DNA of 63,322 bases, filler included, from Circinaria calcarea (GCA_051942165.1; 44 parts of 44 records of this genome joined end to end with filler, not necessarily neighbours in it); one strand, 5' to 3'; positions 13,063 through 26,454 are shown, counted from the whole stretch's first letter. The notes: generated by a model not told the origin, from the sequence alone. Numbers and translations are program-made.

Positions 13063-13923
13063 CATCCTTTCAGCGCGCCATTGCCGATCTTCAGGCACCT
13101 TGACGGATCGACGCTCCCGTTTAAAAATGTTCTCTTTTGCAAAGGAAGCAAATTCTTCCTCGCAGAGATTCAAATTGCGCATTGCCAAATACTCCTCCGT
13201 TATGCTTAGAATAAACTCTGGACCCGCCGTCAGCCAGATATTCGTACCGCTAAGGCCTTCAAGGGTGCTGTAGTCGATCGCTCCTTCCGAAGGTGGCTCG
13301 GTAGAATTAAAGTGTGCAAACGGGCCTGGTGTAATGGCATTCACTTTATCAATAGTGATTCCTCGAGGCTGGAACACGAGGTTTCGGAAATTCGGGTGAC
13401 GGGGAGTAATAGCCCTTATGGCACTGGTACGTGTACTTTCGGCAATGGAGCGCAGGGAGCCGATTGCACTTTGAGATACTGATGAAGTTGAACTTAGTTC
13501 ATTTGCGTCGGGTTTGTGTAGAGCACGGGGTATTGCAGAGCTGCCTCTGCCGCCTTTGGCCCCTTTGGCTCCTTTACTACTTTTCTCGGCACCTATCTTT
13601 CCATCACCAGAGCTCATTATATTAGACTTCGCAGCCTGGACTCTTGTCCACAACGCCTGAGTTCGGTTGGGACTGGTAGCTGGCACTCGGTCGAAGGAAA
13701 AATTTGAGGGAGTGCATGCAGGTTGACGCAAGCGACGATTAGGAGGTCCCGGATGGTTCTTCGTGTTCGCAGTTACCCAAGAGATAGGCTGTTTCTGGAG
13801 CGGGGATACAGACGTCTTTTCGTTGGTGATGCTTGCAAGTGGTTGCCTGCTCGGCAGCTCCGCCGCTCGATGCAGCTTAGACTCGCAACGCGCCGGACTG
13901 CTTGTTTTTGAATGCACAACCAT
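13063..13923 (-). CDS. Hypothetical fungal protein, 3' truncated
   Basis: Open frame of about 287 codons: low-complexity N-terminus, then a globular-looking block (PRHPNFRNLVFQPRGITI..IWL..EEEFASFAKENIFKRE). Confidence 0.55.
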
Positions 13924-14512
13924 CTTCAGTAGAAGCCGTCGGAGCTGTCGAAGTTACTGTCGGAAAGCTGGCAAGCCCGTCCATGTGGGGTAGGTCGCAG
14001 TCCGTTTTAGGCTTATGGTATTCGACGGTTTGCCTAGGAAAAATGCTCGCAGAATACTTCGTAAGCCAGGCATTGACCTCCTTTAAAGAAAGTAGAATGA
14101 GAATAGTCGGAGGGAAAGATGTTGTGTAAAAGGGTTCCCCGATTATTATTAGTAGTAGTAGTGTTGTTATTATGTTTCGCGCGTTGCTACAGAGATACCA
14201 CCACCAAACGTCCAAGCTTCGCGTCACATCCTTGACCATAGGGCTATGTTCTACAAAGTAAAGTAAATGATAACGTAGGGCTTCCAACCTATCAATCCCA
14301 CCACCCCGTCCAATACAATTACTAGATCCGCCTCTCGCCTATAATCTCCTACCAAATCCAACATCACCACCCCTCCCTCCCCAGCTACAATGACCACCTC
14401 AAACCCCGCACCNNNNNNNNNNNNNNNNNNNNNNNNNNNNNNNNNNNNNNNNNNNNTTAATTAATTAANNNNNNNNNNNNNNNNNNNNNNNNNNNNNNNN
14501 NNNNNNNNNNNN

Positions 14513-14654
14513 TGGGGGGTCGGAGAGGTGCGTGAATTGCGACAGGGTGGCTGTGCAGTCGATTCCGGCGGGGACGAAGCGAGTGGCTATTGATGTGGTT
14601 TTGGAAGCTGTGAAGACGTCGGCGATAGTGTTCTTGGAGGTGATACGGAATTAA
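14513..14654 (+). CDS. Possible C-terminal coding fragment of an unknown protein
   Basis: Open frame GSERCVNCDRVAVQSIPAGTKRVAIDVVLEAVKTSAIVFLEVIRN* at the contig start, before low-complexity DNA. Confidence 0.3.
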
Positions 14655-15961
14655 GGGGGGAGGGAAAATGTATACCCTTTGGCTATGGTTTTACTTTCCA
14701 CCCGGAATGATGACCTTCCTTGTAGGTTCGGTGTCTCATTTTGGAGATGATTCGCACTACTATTACTACTACGAGAAAGAAAACCAGATAGACGGTCGAA
14801 ACCCCGCTCTCTTTATTGAGGAGGGCCACCATATAGAATTCTTGTTCCCTCCTCGTGCAAGAAGGGAATCGCATTAGACGGTTGTTGTATCAAGGAAACT
14901 GAGCATGGAAGGACGGATGGAATAGTAGGGGTTAAAGTATTTTGGGGGAATCAACCTGGGGTACCCAATGGAAGAAGAACTAATGTCCATGTCCTGTCTT
15001 TCTCGAGGGCGTTCTAGGTTTGTCCGCTAGTCTTTGAGCTTTATGTTGACTTTTTTTTTATTGTCAAAGCGTGAAGTGTTTGTGGAGCAGAGTGTTTATA
15101 GAGTAGAGTAGAGTAACAACTCTGCGTTTCACGTCAACCGGGCCCTGGATCTTTTTCAATTCGCCCTCCCCCCCCTCTCCTACAATACCCGAATCCTCTA
15201 CCATACCGGACCCCCACCAACAAAAACCATCTTAAAACCCCACTTAACCACACCTCCGTTTTTGGCCCCTTTTTTGGTTTTTCGAATCCTGCCCGCCGAA
15301 TCAAAGAATCAAAGAATCAAGCCCCTAACTAAGATCCTGGAAAATGTGCGCCTTGCCTTACTAATTTACAGCTGGAGGGATGTGATAGAAAGACCCGGGG
15401 ATGTAGTGTGTAGCTTGGGGAGGTAAGGGAAAGGGAAAGGGAAAGGTAAGGGACGGGGCCGCTATTCATTCCATTCCCCATGCGCCAACTCCTCTCCTCT
15501 CCTCTCCTTCCGTTCTAGCTTGGCCCTCCTTGAAGGTTAAAGTAAAGGTATAGAACGGGGAATTCTGTCGCCCATTGTCATCCTCACGAAGAAGATTCGA
15601 TTAGGGATCTTCCTTCCCCTTTTTTCCTTTCCTTTCCCTCTTCCTTCCTCTATCCTATATGGTAAAGCGTAAAGCGTAAAGCGTAAAGTATGAGATGAGG
15701 GAAACTTTGCTGCATGCAAAAGGGGATGGAAGGCAGAGAGAGAGAGAGGGTTAAGGGCCCACCCACCCCGTCTTCTGTCTCCGTTCTTCTGTTTCTGGAT
15801 TTTTATCTGCGAAGATAGACTCTGGAACTTGGGGTTGAATTTTTTGTTGGGAGGGAGGGGGNNNNNNNNNNNNNNNNNNNNNNNNNNNNNNNNNNNNNNN
15901 NNNNNTTAATTAATTAANNNNNNNNNNNNNNNNNNNNNNNNNNNNNNNNNNNNNNNNNNNN

Positions 15962-16212
15962 GCGCAGGATTCGAGCGAAATACTCAGGTCGAGATCCAAC
16001 TGGCGAGAGCTTTGGGACGAATCTTGAGTACTATTCCGCCACGCGTCAATAGCTTCCAGCGCTGCTCTGATTGTCCATAGGGAGCTCGCCACCATCGATA
16101 TATTGAGCGCCGCATAATCGTATTTTTCCCGCAGGTCGTTCAGAGTCTTCGCAAGGTTGACTACACCCTCGACCAAGCTAGCGACACCAGCGATGCCACC
16201 AATTACCTCCAT
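15962..16212 (-). CDS. HeLo-like / fungal STAND N-terminal domain protein, 5' fragment
   Basis: MEVIGGIAGVASLVEGVVNLAKTLNDLREKYDYAALNISMVASSLWTIRAALEAI..SISLESC. Confidence 0.7.
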
Positions 16213-17017
16213 CTCTTGCAGCGAAGATACATGTCGGTATAATTCAAGAATAGCGATAAGACGTTAAATGGGGTAATATAGACAGTGGGCAATAGAGTAC
16301 ATGGAGCAGAATCAAGGCAATACTGCGATTTCAGTGGCCCTGTTGTAAATGGTCGTGCCGCAATGAGGGCTGAGCAACGATCAGTGACCGGGTATTGGAG
16401 CATCCACTGAGCCCCCTTGAGGCTGAAAAAGAACCTCTTCTCTGGAACTCCATCTGATCTGTGTAATACCAAACAAAAGCTTCGTACGAACTAGCTGTCA
16501 GAATTTCAGTCTGCGATTTGACATTGGTTTTTGAAGGGCTCATACTCTAATCGACAAACAATTCACCAGGCGCAAAGAAAGAAGGGTGTTTCTAAAACTC
16601 AGCGGTACAGAATTTTTAATACCAGTCTACTGCAAGCCACCAACAACCTAAACAATGCCATCAATTGAGGGGTTCAGTTTTTTTTATTAGAAATTTGTTA
16701 TGCTCGGGAACACGGCACCGATGGGCTAAGCCCGATGCTGTAAAGCACGGGGGCCAAGCTGGCAGAAACTATGCATTCGTATTGGCCACACTAGATCCAC
16801 TAACATAACATAGCTCCATTGCCCTGAAACGAAGTGAAACGAAGTGGAAGGGTTTAATTTCGGCGCAAGATTTTCCGAACCGAACCAAAATTTTGCGGTG
16901 TTCTCACTCTGGCCGCAAAAATTACCTTATTAGGTTTAGCTCAACGCTCAAACGGGCCTAGTTTTTCGCTCGAATAAGAAAAAAATCTACTATATTCGGC
17001 GTAGCGTACTAGCTTTT

Positions 17018-17310
17018 ATGCTGAGCTTATGCTGCGAGTTATATTATACTGCGAGCTATGCTATGCTGCGTGCTATATTATGCTGCATACTATGCTATAC
17101 TACGTGCTATGCTATACTATATGCCATACTACGTGCTATTTCCATGCTATGCCGCCAGTTATACTATGCCGCCAGTTATGCTATGCCGCCAGTTATGCTA
17201 TGCTGCGAGCTATGCTCCATGCTCTTTACATGCTATGTTCCATGCTATGCTCCATACTATACTCCATGCTATACTCCATGCTATGCTCCATATTATGCTC
17301 TATGCTATAC
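17018..17310. repeat. Degenerate (ATGCT)n pentamer minisatellite running off the contig end
   Basis: Dozens of atgct/atact/atatt/ccat variants. Confidence 0.85.
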
Positions 17311-18469
17311 NNNNNNNNNNNNNNNNNNNNNNNNNNNNNNNNNNNNNNNNNNNNTTAATTAATTAANNNNNNNNNNNNNNNNNNNNNNNNNNNNNNNNNN
17401 NNNNNNNNNNCTAAAATATCCCCGCCAGTGATATATAAGCAATAAACTCCGCTTACGGCTCACCTCGTCCAGGGTGGGGGAAGGGGAAAGGTTGTCAAAA
17501 CTTCCCAGCCTTTTAATCAAAACCCCCACCACCACCACCTAGCCTAGGCGAGTCTAGACTAGGCTTGGTTTCTCATCTATTAAAGTCCCCCCCAAAGTCC
17601 CCAAAAGCCTCCGGAAGCCCTCCGGAAATTTCAGCCCCTCGGACCCCCCGTGGTGCCTTTGTAATTTGCTGTGTACTGCAGTATAATGCAATCCCATTAT
17701 AGAAGTATTCACTTAGTTTACTAAGCGCTAACAGCGCTACTAAGTCTAGTCCGGAGAGAGAACGATTCTAGATTTGAAAATGAAAAAAGTAAAATTGAGA
17801 ATCGAGAATCGAGAATTGGGAGTTGGGGCATGGGCGTGGATTTCTTACTCCCGTTTTCGGTCCTTTATACCGGGGATATGACGGAGTAATGTGGCTTGGA
17901 GGAAATGCGATGGTGAAAATAGGATAGAGGATAAGAGAGGGGGGGGGGGGCAGAGTGTCGGATAAATGCGGGTCCAGTGATTCCAATTCCCGGGAAAATA
18001 TCGAGTGATACCTTAAAATCCCACCGATAGTATTGGCAACACAACAGTTCCCCGACTATATATCTTTTAGGCTGAGACTGTGGACTGAACTGGACTACTG
18101 GACTGGACCATAGAAGAAAATGGTTGGATTAGATAGTTTACAGTCTTGGACGATGCGGGTACATATCAGAATAAAAGTACAATTCATAGTCTCAGCCCTT
18201 TATACACGTCATGTTAATCATCGAAAATGGTAAGCCCGATCATGTAATAATTTCAGCCCGGGAAGCCCCTGACCACTTAAAAGTTTTAAGCGAGCTTTGG
18301 ATTACAGTACAGACTGTCCAGACCGAACTTATAGACCATAGTCAAACGGAATTCTTGGAGCAAGTCCATCTCAGACCAGCAGTCCTAACCGTCCGACCAG
18401 CGGACTATTACCAACGCTACCCAGAAACCTCTTCTAAACCCTTGTACTCCCATTCCTCTACAGGCTCAC

Positions 18470-18758
18470 TCACACCTTCTTCCCATCCCCATCCTTATGC
18501 CCACCCAACCCAACCGGCACCAAACAACCCAGCAACCTCTTCCAAACCCCCGTGCTCTCCTCCTCCACCGGGCCCTTGGTCAGCGTCGCCCTATCCCCAA
18601 CAACAACACAACCCGCCCTCGCCCTCGTCATGGCCACATTCAAGCGTCTCAGATCTTTCAAAAAGCCAATCTCGTAGTGGACGTTGCAGCGGACGGTGCA
18701 GAAGATTACGACGTCGGCTTCTCGACCTTGGAAGCCGTCAATGCTGGAGATGGAGACG
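18470..18758 (-). CDS. Upf1/DNA2/NAM7-like SF1 helicase, C-terminal fragment
   Basis: SSIDGFQGREADVVIFCTVRCN..IGFLKDLRRLNVAMTRAR (helicase motifs V and VI). Confidence 0.88.
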
Positions 18759-19603
18759 NNNNNNNNNNNNNNNNNNNNNNNNNNNNNNNNNNNNNNNNNN
18801 NNTTAATTAATTAANNNNNNNNNNNNNNNNNNNNNNNNNNNNNNNNNNNNNNNNNNNNGCAATAACTCATCAACTTCTACGCTAAATTTTTTGGTAACCC
18901 TTGTGCCACCTGTTCTGTTGCATTATTTTGTGCTGTAGCTAAATTTTTTGGGGTTTGATGGAGATGGAAAGGAGGGATGGAAAGGGGGAAAAGGGGGAAA
19001 TAATGGTTCTTTTGGCTTTTTGGTACTTTGGATTTTGTGTCGCTGGTAGGGTGGGGACGGGAATGGGGAGAGTGAGAAGGAGCAAAAGAGAGGAGAAGAA
19101 AAAGGTAGGTTGTATATATTTGACCGGAATTTCGAACCAGCTGGGTTAGGCGGAAGGAAAGAGGCTGGAAAGTAAAAAGAAAAAGTGCAAGCTTGGAAAG
19201 AGGGTAGGATTCTCACAAGCGCAATGGCTAGGAAATGGGAAACGGAAGGTATGGAAATGGGGGGATGGGGAAAACGGTTGGGCTCAACTGGGAGCTTTAA
19301 GCTATCATAGTTGACGTGGCATGATAATTATAGGATCTCGTAAGGATTGGCAATTTAGCGATTTGGAAGTTTAAGGGGGTTGGTGGAGATAAGGGGTGAG
19401 AGAGGGAACGGAGGTAGTGAAATGAATGGTCTACAAAAGAATGCAACAGAACAGGTGGCACAAGGGTTACCAAAAAATTTAGCGTAGAAGTTGATGAGTT
19501 ATTGCACGATGCATTCGAGAATCGGGTACCAATTGTATATACTACCGGAGCTATATGTGCAAAAGCACAGAGATTACTCTTAATCGCGGCCACCCACTCA
19601 CCA

Positions 19604-20206
19604 TCATGATGATCCATTCCCCAACAGCGGCGCACTTTCGCCCTCGTCGTCTTTCTTTCCCTTCGGCATATGCCTATACTCGCCCTTGTTGATCTTGCTG
19701 ACGCGCCAGGTATCATGTTCCTTTGCGTCGTCAAAGTACGCTTGGTTCTCCTCAAAGGAGCGACCGCCGGTTTCGGGCGAGTATGCCTGTTCGAAATCAG
19801 TGTACTTCTCCTACGGTCATGTGTAAGGCTGCCTACCCAAGTCCACCATCCGGCAAAGGTATTCGTGACTGCGAACACGAGAAAGAGCCAGTAGTTGAGG
19901 TTATTGAAGCCGATGGGGGTGAGGAGGGTTACCGCGAAATTGGCGAAGCCCCATACTATGACGGAGATTGCGGAGCCTTGGGCTCGGGCTGTGGAAGGGA
20001 AGATCTCCGTGGGGATTAGCCAGACTTCGGAAAGCCAGCCGATGCCAAAAGCTGCCGTTGCTATGTACAAAGTGACGCAACCTGGGATTGAGACCGCCAA
20101 TACGGGGATGCCGAGTTTGTCGGCGTTCATGGCGAGACCACCTAAAACGGTCAAGATGACGAAGCAGATTGCGATGCCAAAAGCGCCTCCAACCATGAGT
20201 ATCCGG
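19604..20206 (-). CDS. MFS sugar transporter, C-terminal fragment, one intron
   Basis: WLIPTEIFPSTARAQGSAIS, then PETGGRSFEE after the intron; transmembrane helices. Confidence 0.88.
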
Positions 20207-20306
20207 NNNNNNNNNNNNNNNNNNNNNNNNNNNNNNNNNNNNNNNNNNNNTTAATTAATTAANNNNNNNNNNNNNNNNNNNNNNNNNNNNNNNNNNNNNN
20301 NNNNNN

Positions 20307-21653
20307 CCCTTCCCCCCCGTAACCTCCGCCTCCCACCAGCCGTCATCCTGCAGCCTCAGCACAGCCAACACGTCCCCTTTGGCGAAACTCAGTTCCTGCG
20401 GGATGATGGCCTGGTACATGTACATTGCGCGTGCTGCAAGCCAAACACGGTCAGTCAGCAAGTCTCCCGGTCCAAAGAGCTTTCTGGTAAGAAAGGGGGG
20501 AAAAGGATGAGAGGGGGAAGGTTAGAAAGAAAAAGACAAGACTTACCAAACTGCAAAATCGGTCGTCCCTCCCTGGTGTACTGCTGTCGCGCGTCCACGA
20601 CGCTCTTGCTCCTCACCCGGTCTCCACCAGCACCCCCACCGCCGTTTCGTCCCTGTCCCTGATCACCAGGGTAATAACTCACCGGTCTACCCACGCTCCC
20701 AGCTGCTGCGTTTCTACCACTATACATATTTGCTTGCGCACCAGGATCACCGTTGGAAAGTTGCAATGCCATGCCAGTTGCACCAGTGCCGGCACTACTA
20801 CCGGGTCTCTCTCTCCCTGGGCGTGCATACTGAGGCTGGGGTTGTGGTGAGGCGGCACGACGGACATCGTTTGGTGAGGTGTGTCGAGAGTACTGGTTGA
20901 CATTCCCGCTTGCAGAGCCATATCCTTGTTTCACAGGACTGTTGCCTACACTTTGACTCTGTCCTTGACCCGGGCCTTGGCGGATCGGTCGTCCTGCGTA
21001 CGGGTTCGGACTAGTTCCCCTCTGAACATGGCTATTCGGACGGCCAGCGTATGGGTTTGGACTGACACTCCTCTGAGCTTGAGAAGCCGGGCGTCCAGCA
21101 TACGGATTGGGACTGACACTCCTTTGAGCTTGAACAGTGGGGTGCCCAGTGTAAGGATTTGGGCTCGCACTTCTGTTATATCCATTTGGCGCTTGATTCC
21201 CGTTTGCCATACCAGGCCTTGGACTCGCACTCCTGTTGTAGTTGTTCGATCCCTGGTTAGTGTTTCCTAATCCAGGTCTTGGACTCGTACTTCGCATTGG
21301 TAGAGGCGATGTAGCACGCGGTGGCATGTCTCCACCAGTACCACCACCCCTCGTGCCAGGTCTCGACGCTGAGCCATACATATCATTGTTTTGGCTGGTG
21401 TATTTCCTCGTTGTCTGTTGCATTTGCTTAGATGTGAACGCAGGCTGTGGTAGGTCCAATCTTTTGATGGGTTGCTGGTCATGATACGAGGGTGGAGGAG
21501 TACCGCGCTGTGCGGCTATTGCATTACTATTGTTTTGTAGTGCCACCGGGGTCCCTGGGGTCCCAGGGGGCGCAGGAGTGGCAATACCATGGTATCGATC
21601 TGCTGACATACGGACAGAAGACTGCTTACTGACGCCCTTTAGCTCTTCTAAAG
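20307..21653 (-). CDS. Cdc15/Imp2/Hof1-like cytokinesis protein: disordered region + SH3, partial, intron near 20435-20546
   Basis: YTREGRPILQF|ARAMYMYQAIIPQELSFAKGDVLAVLRLQDDGWWEAE (SH3); upstream RSxSP repeats. Confidence 0.8.
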
Positions 21654-23353
21654 NNNNNNNNNNNNNNNNNNNNNNNNNNNNNNNNNNNNNNNNNNNNTTA
21701 ATTAATTAANNNNNNNNNNNNNNNNNNNNNNNNNNNNNNNNNNNNNNNNNNNNGGCGGAGGGGGGGGGGTTGCTTATAAAAGCAGAAGAAGAGAGGGAGG
21801 ATTCTCGGTATGGTAGTAAGCAAAGATAGAGATGGGGGTATTATTCCAAGCCCAAGCCCAAAACCAAGCCCAAAAAGGCAGGGGACTTCCCAAACCCAGA
21901 CCGATTGGCGAGTTTCCTCTACCTATTAACCTCATTCTCGCCCCGGGGATTTCTCCCCAGCATGTTCTGTAAACACCTCTTTTATTTATGTTGAAAAGAA
22001 ACTTTCAAAAATTGTCGGCCGTGTCCTTTTCCTCCATTTTTCTTTTCCCTTTTTCCCTTCTCCGTAAAAAGGTGAAAGAAAAGGAAGCTTACAAGTGCCC
22101 TTTTTATCTCTATATTCTATATAATAATCCCGTATCTCTATATCAAACCCCCCCTCTTCTTCTTCCTCCGGGTGTGTAAGAAAGCAAGCTTCTAAACACA
22201 AACACGAACACGAACAAATAAAATTAGAATACCCCTCCTTCCCTCCCTCCCTCCGTCTATGAAATTTTGATTTGATTTGAGATTAAAAGTCCCGGAGTAT
22301 GGAGGTACGGGGTATGGGGTAGGAGTTATGGAGTACAGTATATAGTAAGCACCAAAGATCGACCGGGGCTAAAAACTTTTTACATAAGGAGTTTTCATTA
22401 CGTACGGGAAAATCGAGCGCCTGCACCGAATACCCTTAAAATTCCAAAAATAAACAAATCTACAAACCATTTTGCTCACGCGGAATCAATCCCCCCCCCC
22501 CCCGTATTAGCCCAGAAAAGAGGGTCTCATCCACTGGCAATAACCCCTAGACCTATGGTCAGGAACGTGTTAGCGGAAATATAGCTGCCGTTTTGTAGAA
22601 TTTTGGCAATGGGAGCGATGGAAAAGCTAGGTAGGCTAGGTAGGCTGGGGGGGTTTTTTTCCCCTTTCCCCTCGCGAGTGGTTAGTAGTGAGTAGTGAGT
22701 AGTGCGTAGTGAGTAGTGGATGGATTGAATTGTTTGCCCGTGGGGGGTGGGGGGGGGGAGGACTGTTATTCCGCGCCTGCGTGATATTATTGTTTTTTTC
22801 GAGTATCATGGAAATTCAGCGAAGATGCCCGAATTGGGAATGCGATGGTACAGGTAACGGGGCGTGAAAGACTTTTTCTGGCTCGCTCGCTTGTTTTTTC
22901 TTTCTTTTGTGCTTTTTTTTCTCTCTCTCTCTCCTCGGGTATGGTAGATTTAGGCCGCGGAGGGAAAGACGAGGGAAATAAAAGTCGGTTTTTCGGTTTT
23001 TCGGGTTTTGTTTTCCATTTTATCATTTCTAACCAAAAGCCCGATTTTCGAATTCAGATTTCAGGTCGTTCAATAACCTCTCCCCCCTCCTCTTCCCCNN
23101 NNNNNNNNNNNNNNNNNNNNNNNNNNNNNNNNNNNNNNNNNNTTAATTAATTAANNNNNNNNNNNNNNNNNNNNNNNNNNNNNNNNNNNNNNNNNNNNAC
23201 CAAGCGTTGAAGACCGTCAAGCATGGTGCTGGCGTATATATGGGATTCTTCGTGGCAATATCCTAATCCCCATCATCCGTGACCATAGCCTCGCACAGTC
23301 TCTGGCCGGCACCGCCACCCCTCTTCGGAGGTAGGTGGCCGGCTGTATTGGCC

Positions 23354-24542
23354 ATGTACATCCCACACGACCTCGTCGCTCGAGGAAGCCAGGCGCTGTA
23401 CTCGAGTCCTCCGAACGCGCAGACTGCGGTGACGAGAAACCCCGGCTTGCTGGTGTCGTGGTGGTGCACCGCCTTTGCCCTGACCATCATCATTGTTCGC
23501 TTAGTCGGACGGTACATCAGGACGGAGAAGCTCTTTCGCGAAGACAAAATCATGGCCTGGAGTATAGCCCCGCTGCTGTTGAGGATGGCATTCGCCCATT
23601 GCGTCCTGAGATGGGGCACCAATAACGTCGTTCTCACCGGCATGACCCCACTGGAACTCTCTCGTCGAGAGCTGGGCAGTGTGCTGGTTTTGCCGGCGAG
23701 GATTTTTTATGCTGCCTTGTATGTTCTTCTCCCTCCCTTCTCTTGATTTCCCAATTTAACATTTCCGTAGTCTGTGGACAGCCAAGTACACCGTCGCAGA
23801 GTTCCTCCGACGTCTTTACGGCCAAGTATGGAAGAAATCGTACCAACAGGGGCTGTATATCCTCCGCGGCTTCTTGGCCATCACCTTTATCGCCGTCTGC
23901 ATCGGCACTTTTACCGAATGCAGCCCCTTTCATCACTATTGGCAGGTCGTGCCGGACCCAGGTCCGCATTGCCGGCAAGCATACACTCAGCTGCTCACTC
24001 TCGGCGCCGCCGACATCGTGACGGATTTAGTATTGGTCTGCTTTCCAATCCCGATCCTCCTGCGATCCAATCTACCGATCAAGCGAAAGGTTTCACTTGC
24101 CGCGCTCTTTAGTCTCTCCCTTATCCTTATCGGCACCACGCTTTACCGCATCACCGGCACAATCGAACGTCATGGGAACCAACAATTCCGCTCTCTACTT
24201 GCCTCCCTGGAGATCCTCGCCGCCGCAGCGTGTTCGAATGCCATTGTTCTGGGTTCCTTCATCCGCGATCGAGGCGTGAAGAAGCAACGCTTCAAGCACG
24301 GAAGCACTAGCAACAGCAGTACTCTTGATCGTCCCAGTATAGCCAGGATCAGACCTCTGAGGGCGGCTTTGAGCTACGGCAGCGACATTGATCTTTTCCA
24401 AAACCTGGGAATGCGATTGGGTCCGGAATTCGCTGCCGATAGATCGAGTGTCGCTCGTCCCGCACCTGCTGTGCTCTCTTTGGCCTCGCCATCGAAAGAA
24501 GTCGCCCCCGGTGCTTCGAGTATGACATTTCCAGGACGCGAT
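23354..24542 (+). CDS. Fungal rhodopsin-domain (PTH11-like) membrane protein, 3' truncated, intron 23719-23770
   Basis: LLVSWWCT, RLVGRYIRTEKLFREDK, ECSPFHHYWQVVPDPGPHC, DIVTDLVLVCFPIP, SLEILAAAACSNA. Confidence 0.85.
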
Positions 24543-24769
24543 NNNNNNNNNNNNNNNNNNNNNNNNNNNNNNNNNNNNNNNNNNNNTTAATTAATTAANN
24601 NNNNNNNNNNNNNNNNNNNNNNNNNNNNNNNNNNNNNNNNNNTAGCCTCAATATAACACAATCGTAGTGACTGTAGTATTGGCGTCTACAACATGGGGTA
24701 GTGGAAACCCCCCTCCCCCTCCCCCATAGACCCTGCATGCAAGCCATAATAGCGCTAAGCCATAGTAGC

Positions 24770-24833
24770 TTGAATCGAATAACGTAAGGTCAAATCGAAT
24801 AATATAAGGTTGAATCGAATAACGCAAGGTTGA
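24770..24833. repeat. 20-bp tandem repeat, about 3 copies
   Basis: ttgaatcgaataacgtaagg / tcaaatcgaataatataagg / ttgaatcgaataacgcaagg. Confidence 0.8.
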
Positions 24834-26085
24834 TTCGTGACAAAGGCACTGCTTCGGATGGAGGCCGATGGAGAAGGGTGTAATGAGGTCGGACGACTGG
24901 CATGTCCCTTGGTGTGTGCAAGATAATTGCAGTCAATTCCCAGCTGAATCTAGTCGGCTTCTAAGGCAATCATTGTATTTCCTATCGAAACGACCGTGAC
25001 TAGATATTTCGAGGCCTGGTAGGCCCACAGAAGGTGAGGGTAAGTAGAACACGCCGCATGACAACTTTATTACATTTTCAGCGAAAGGCAAGAAAAGCAC
25101 GGTAGAGTAGTAAAAATCCCCTGATACGGGTGTTGCCACTCGATATATCACAGCCAGTTAACATGGGAGATTTGGGAATTTTTTCTGTTTGACTGGGGTC
25201 TTTCGGAATGACTTTTTGGTGTGGTTGGGAGAGTAGGTGGGACTTGAGAGGGGAAGGGAATGAGAGTGTAGTTGGCAGGAGGTAACTAGAGTTGAGAGAG
25301 TAAAAGGAGTATAATGGCACTACCTGGTTACAATGCAGATAGAACTCACCTTGACAGATAAGACGAGGATATTGTTCGGCAACACAGAGATTCCCACGTG
25401 GTGTAAAACAAAGTTAACAAGGGTACTTGAAAGAATGAGAAATCAATGTCGATGTAATAAATAGTTTGGGATAATGAGCAAGCTCGGATTACTGTGATTG
25501 GGTAACTAATTTGATTGTGAGAGAAAGAGCTCATCGATGAGGTGAGAGATGTGCTTTACCGGCAGATGTTGCATGTAAACTTAGCATGAAGGGGTGCTAT
25601 ACCAGATACCTTCTAGTATCGAGGAGACCGCCATGATGGTTGTTGCGAAAACATACTCGATATAGCAGTGGATAGGCTAAATATACAGTAGCAACATAAT
25701 TGTCTGTACATATGTCAGAGTTCGCTTCCCTCGATTTGATTACCTCCCTTGCGCTGGTCTTCGATTCCCGCTGTTCCCGCATCCTTTCGCAGTCTAGTTT
25801 GCAACCAAGTAGTTTCGTGGGCCATGTACAGTTCTACCACCTGCTGAGCCCTTGATGAAGGAGAACGGGCCATTGGCGCTGTCAGAACTGAAGTGACCTA
25901 TCGCAAGCTTCAGATAATACATAAGATTCCGCCCCCGCATAATCCGTAGCTGCCGGCTGAACCGAGAGAGCCCATGAATAGAACNNNNNNNNNNNNNNNN
26001 NNNNNNNNNNNNNNNNNNNNNNNNNNNNTTAATTAATTAANNNNNNNNNNNNNNNNNNNNNNNNNNNNNNNNNNNNNNNNNNNNC

Positions 26086-26454
26086 GAGCTTCGCCGAGGG
26101 GACTGCGTGCAGGTTGAGGCGGGACGGTACCCTTTTCCTACCGTTGTAGGAGAGGGAGGCACAGGTGGTGAGTGGTTTGAGAGTGTACGGAGAGCGCTGA
26201 GGTGGAATACGAGAGGGGCGGTGCAGAAGGGATTCAACGCCAAGGGCACATCTATGGATGTGGGAAATAAAGATGCGGTGGACGGGGTAGAGGCGGGGGA
26301 AGAAGGCGAAGAAGAGGAAGACGAAGACGAAGAGTGGGATATCAACCCCGACCCCATTGATATCCATACCAGTGCCGACAGTGGAATCGGGTGTAGTGGT
26401 GAGAGTGGTGAGAGCAGCAGCTGCGCGAGTCCAATGAGAAGTCGGGACGCTTAG
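26086..26454 (+). CDS. NAD(H) kinase, C-terminal fragment
   Basis: ELRRGDCVQVEAGRYPFPTV..EWFESVRRALRWNTRGAVQKG followed by an acidic tail. Confidence 0.75.
   Translation, partial: ELRRGDCVQVEAGRYPFPTVVGEGGTGGEWFESVRRALRWNTRGAVQKGFNAKGTSMDVGNKDAVDGVEAGEEGEEEEDEDEEWDINPDPIDIHTSADSGIGCSGESGESSSCASPMRSRDA

Noticed and set aside
17018..17310. Cys/Tyr/Met-rich ORFs in all three frames
   Set aside because: Translation artefact of the ATGCT minisatellite
24770..24833. Mini CRISPR-like array (also 49826-49892)
   Set aside because: Head-to-tail tandem units with no spacers, in a eukaryotic context
25346..25880. Possible spliced gene on the minus strand
   Set aside because: Intron-like signals exist, but no reading gave a recognisable or consistent protein
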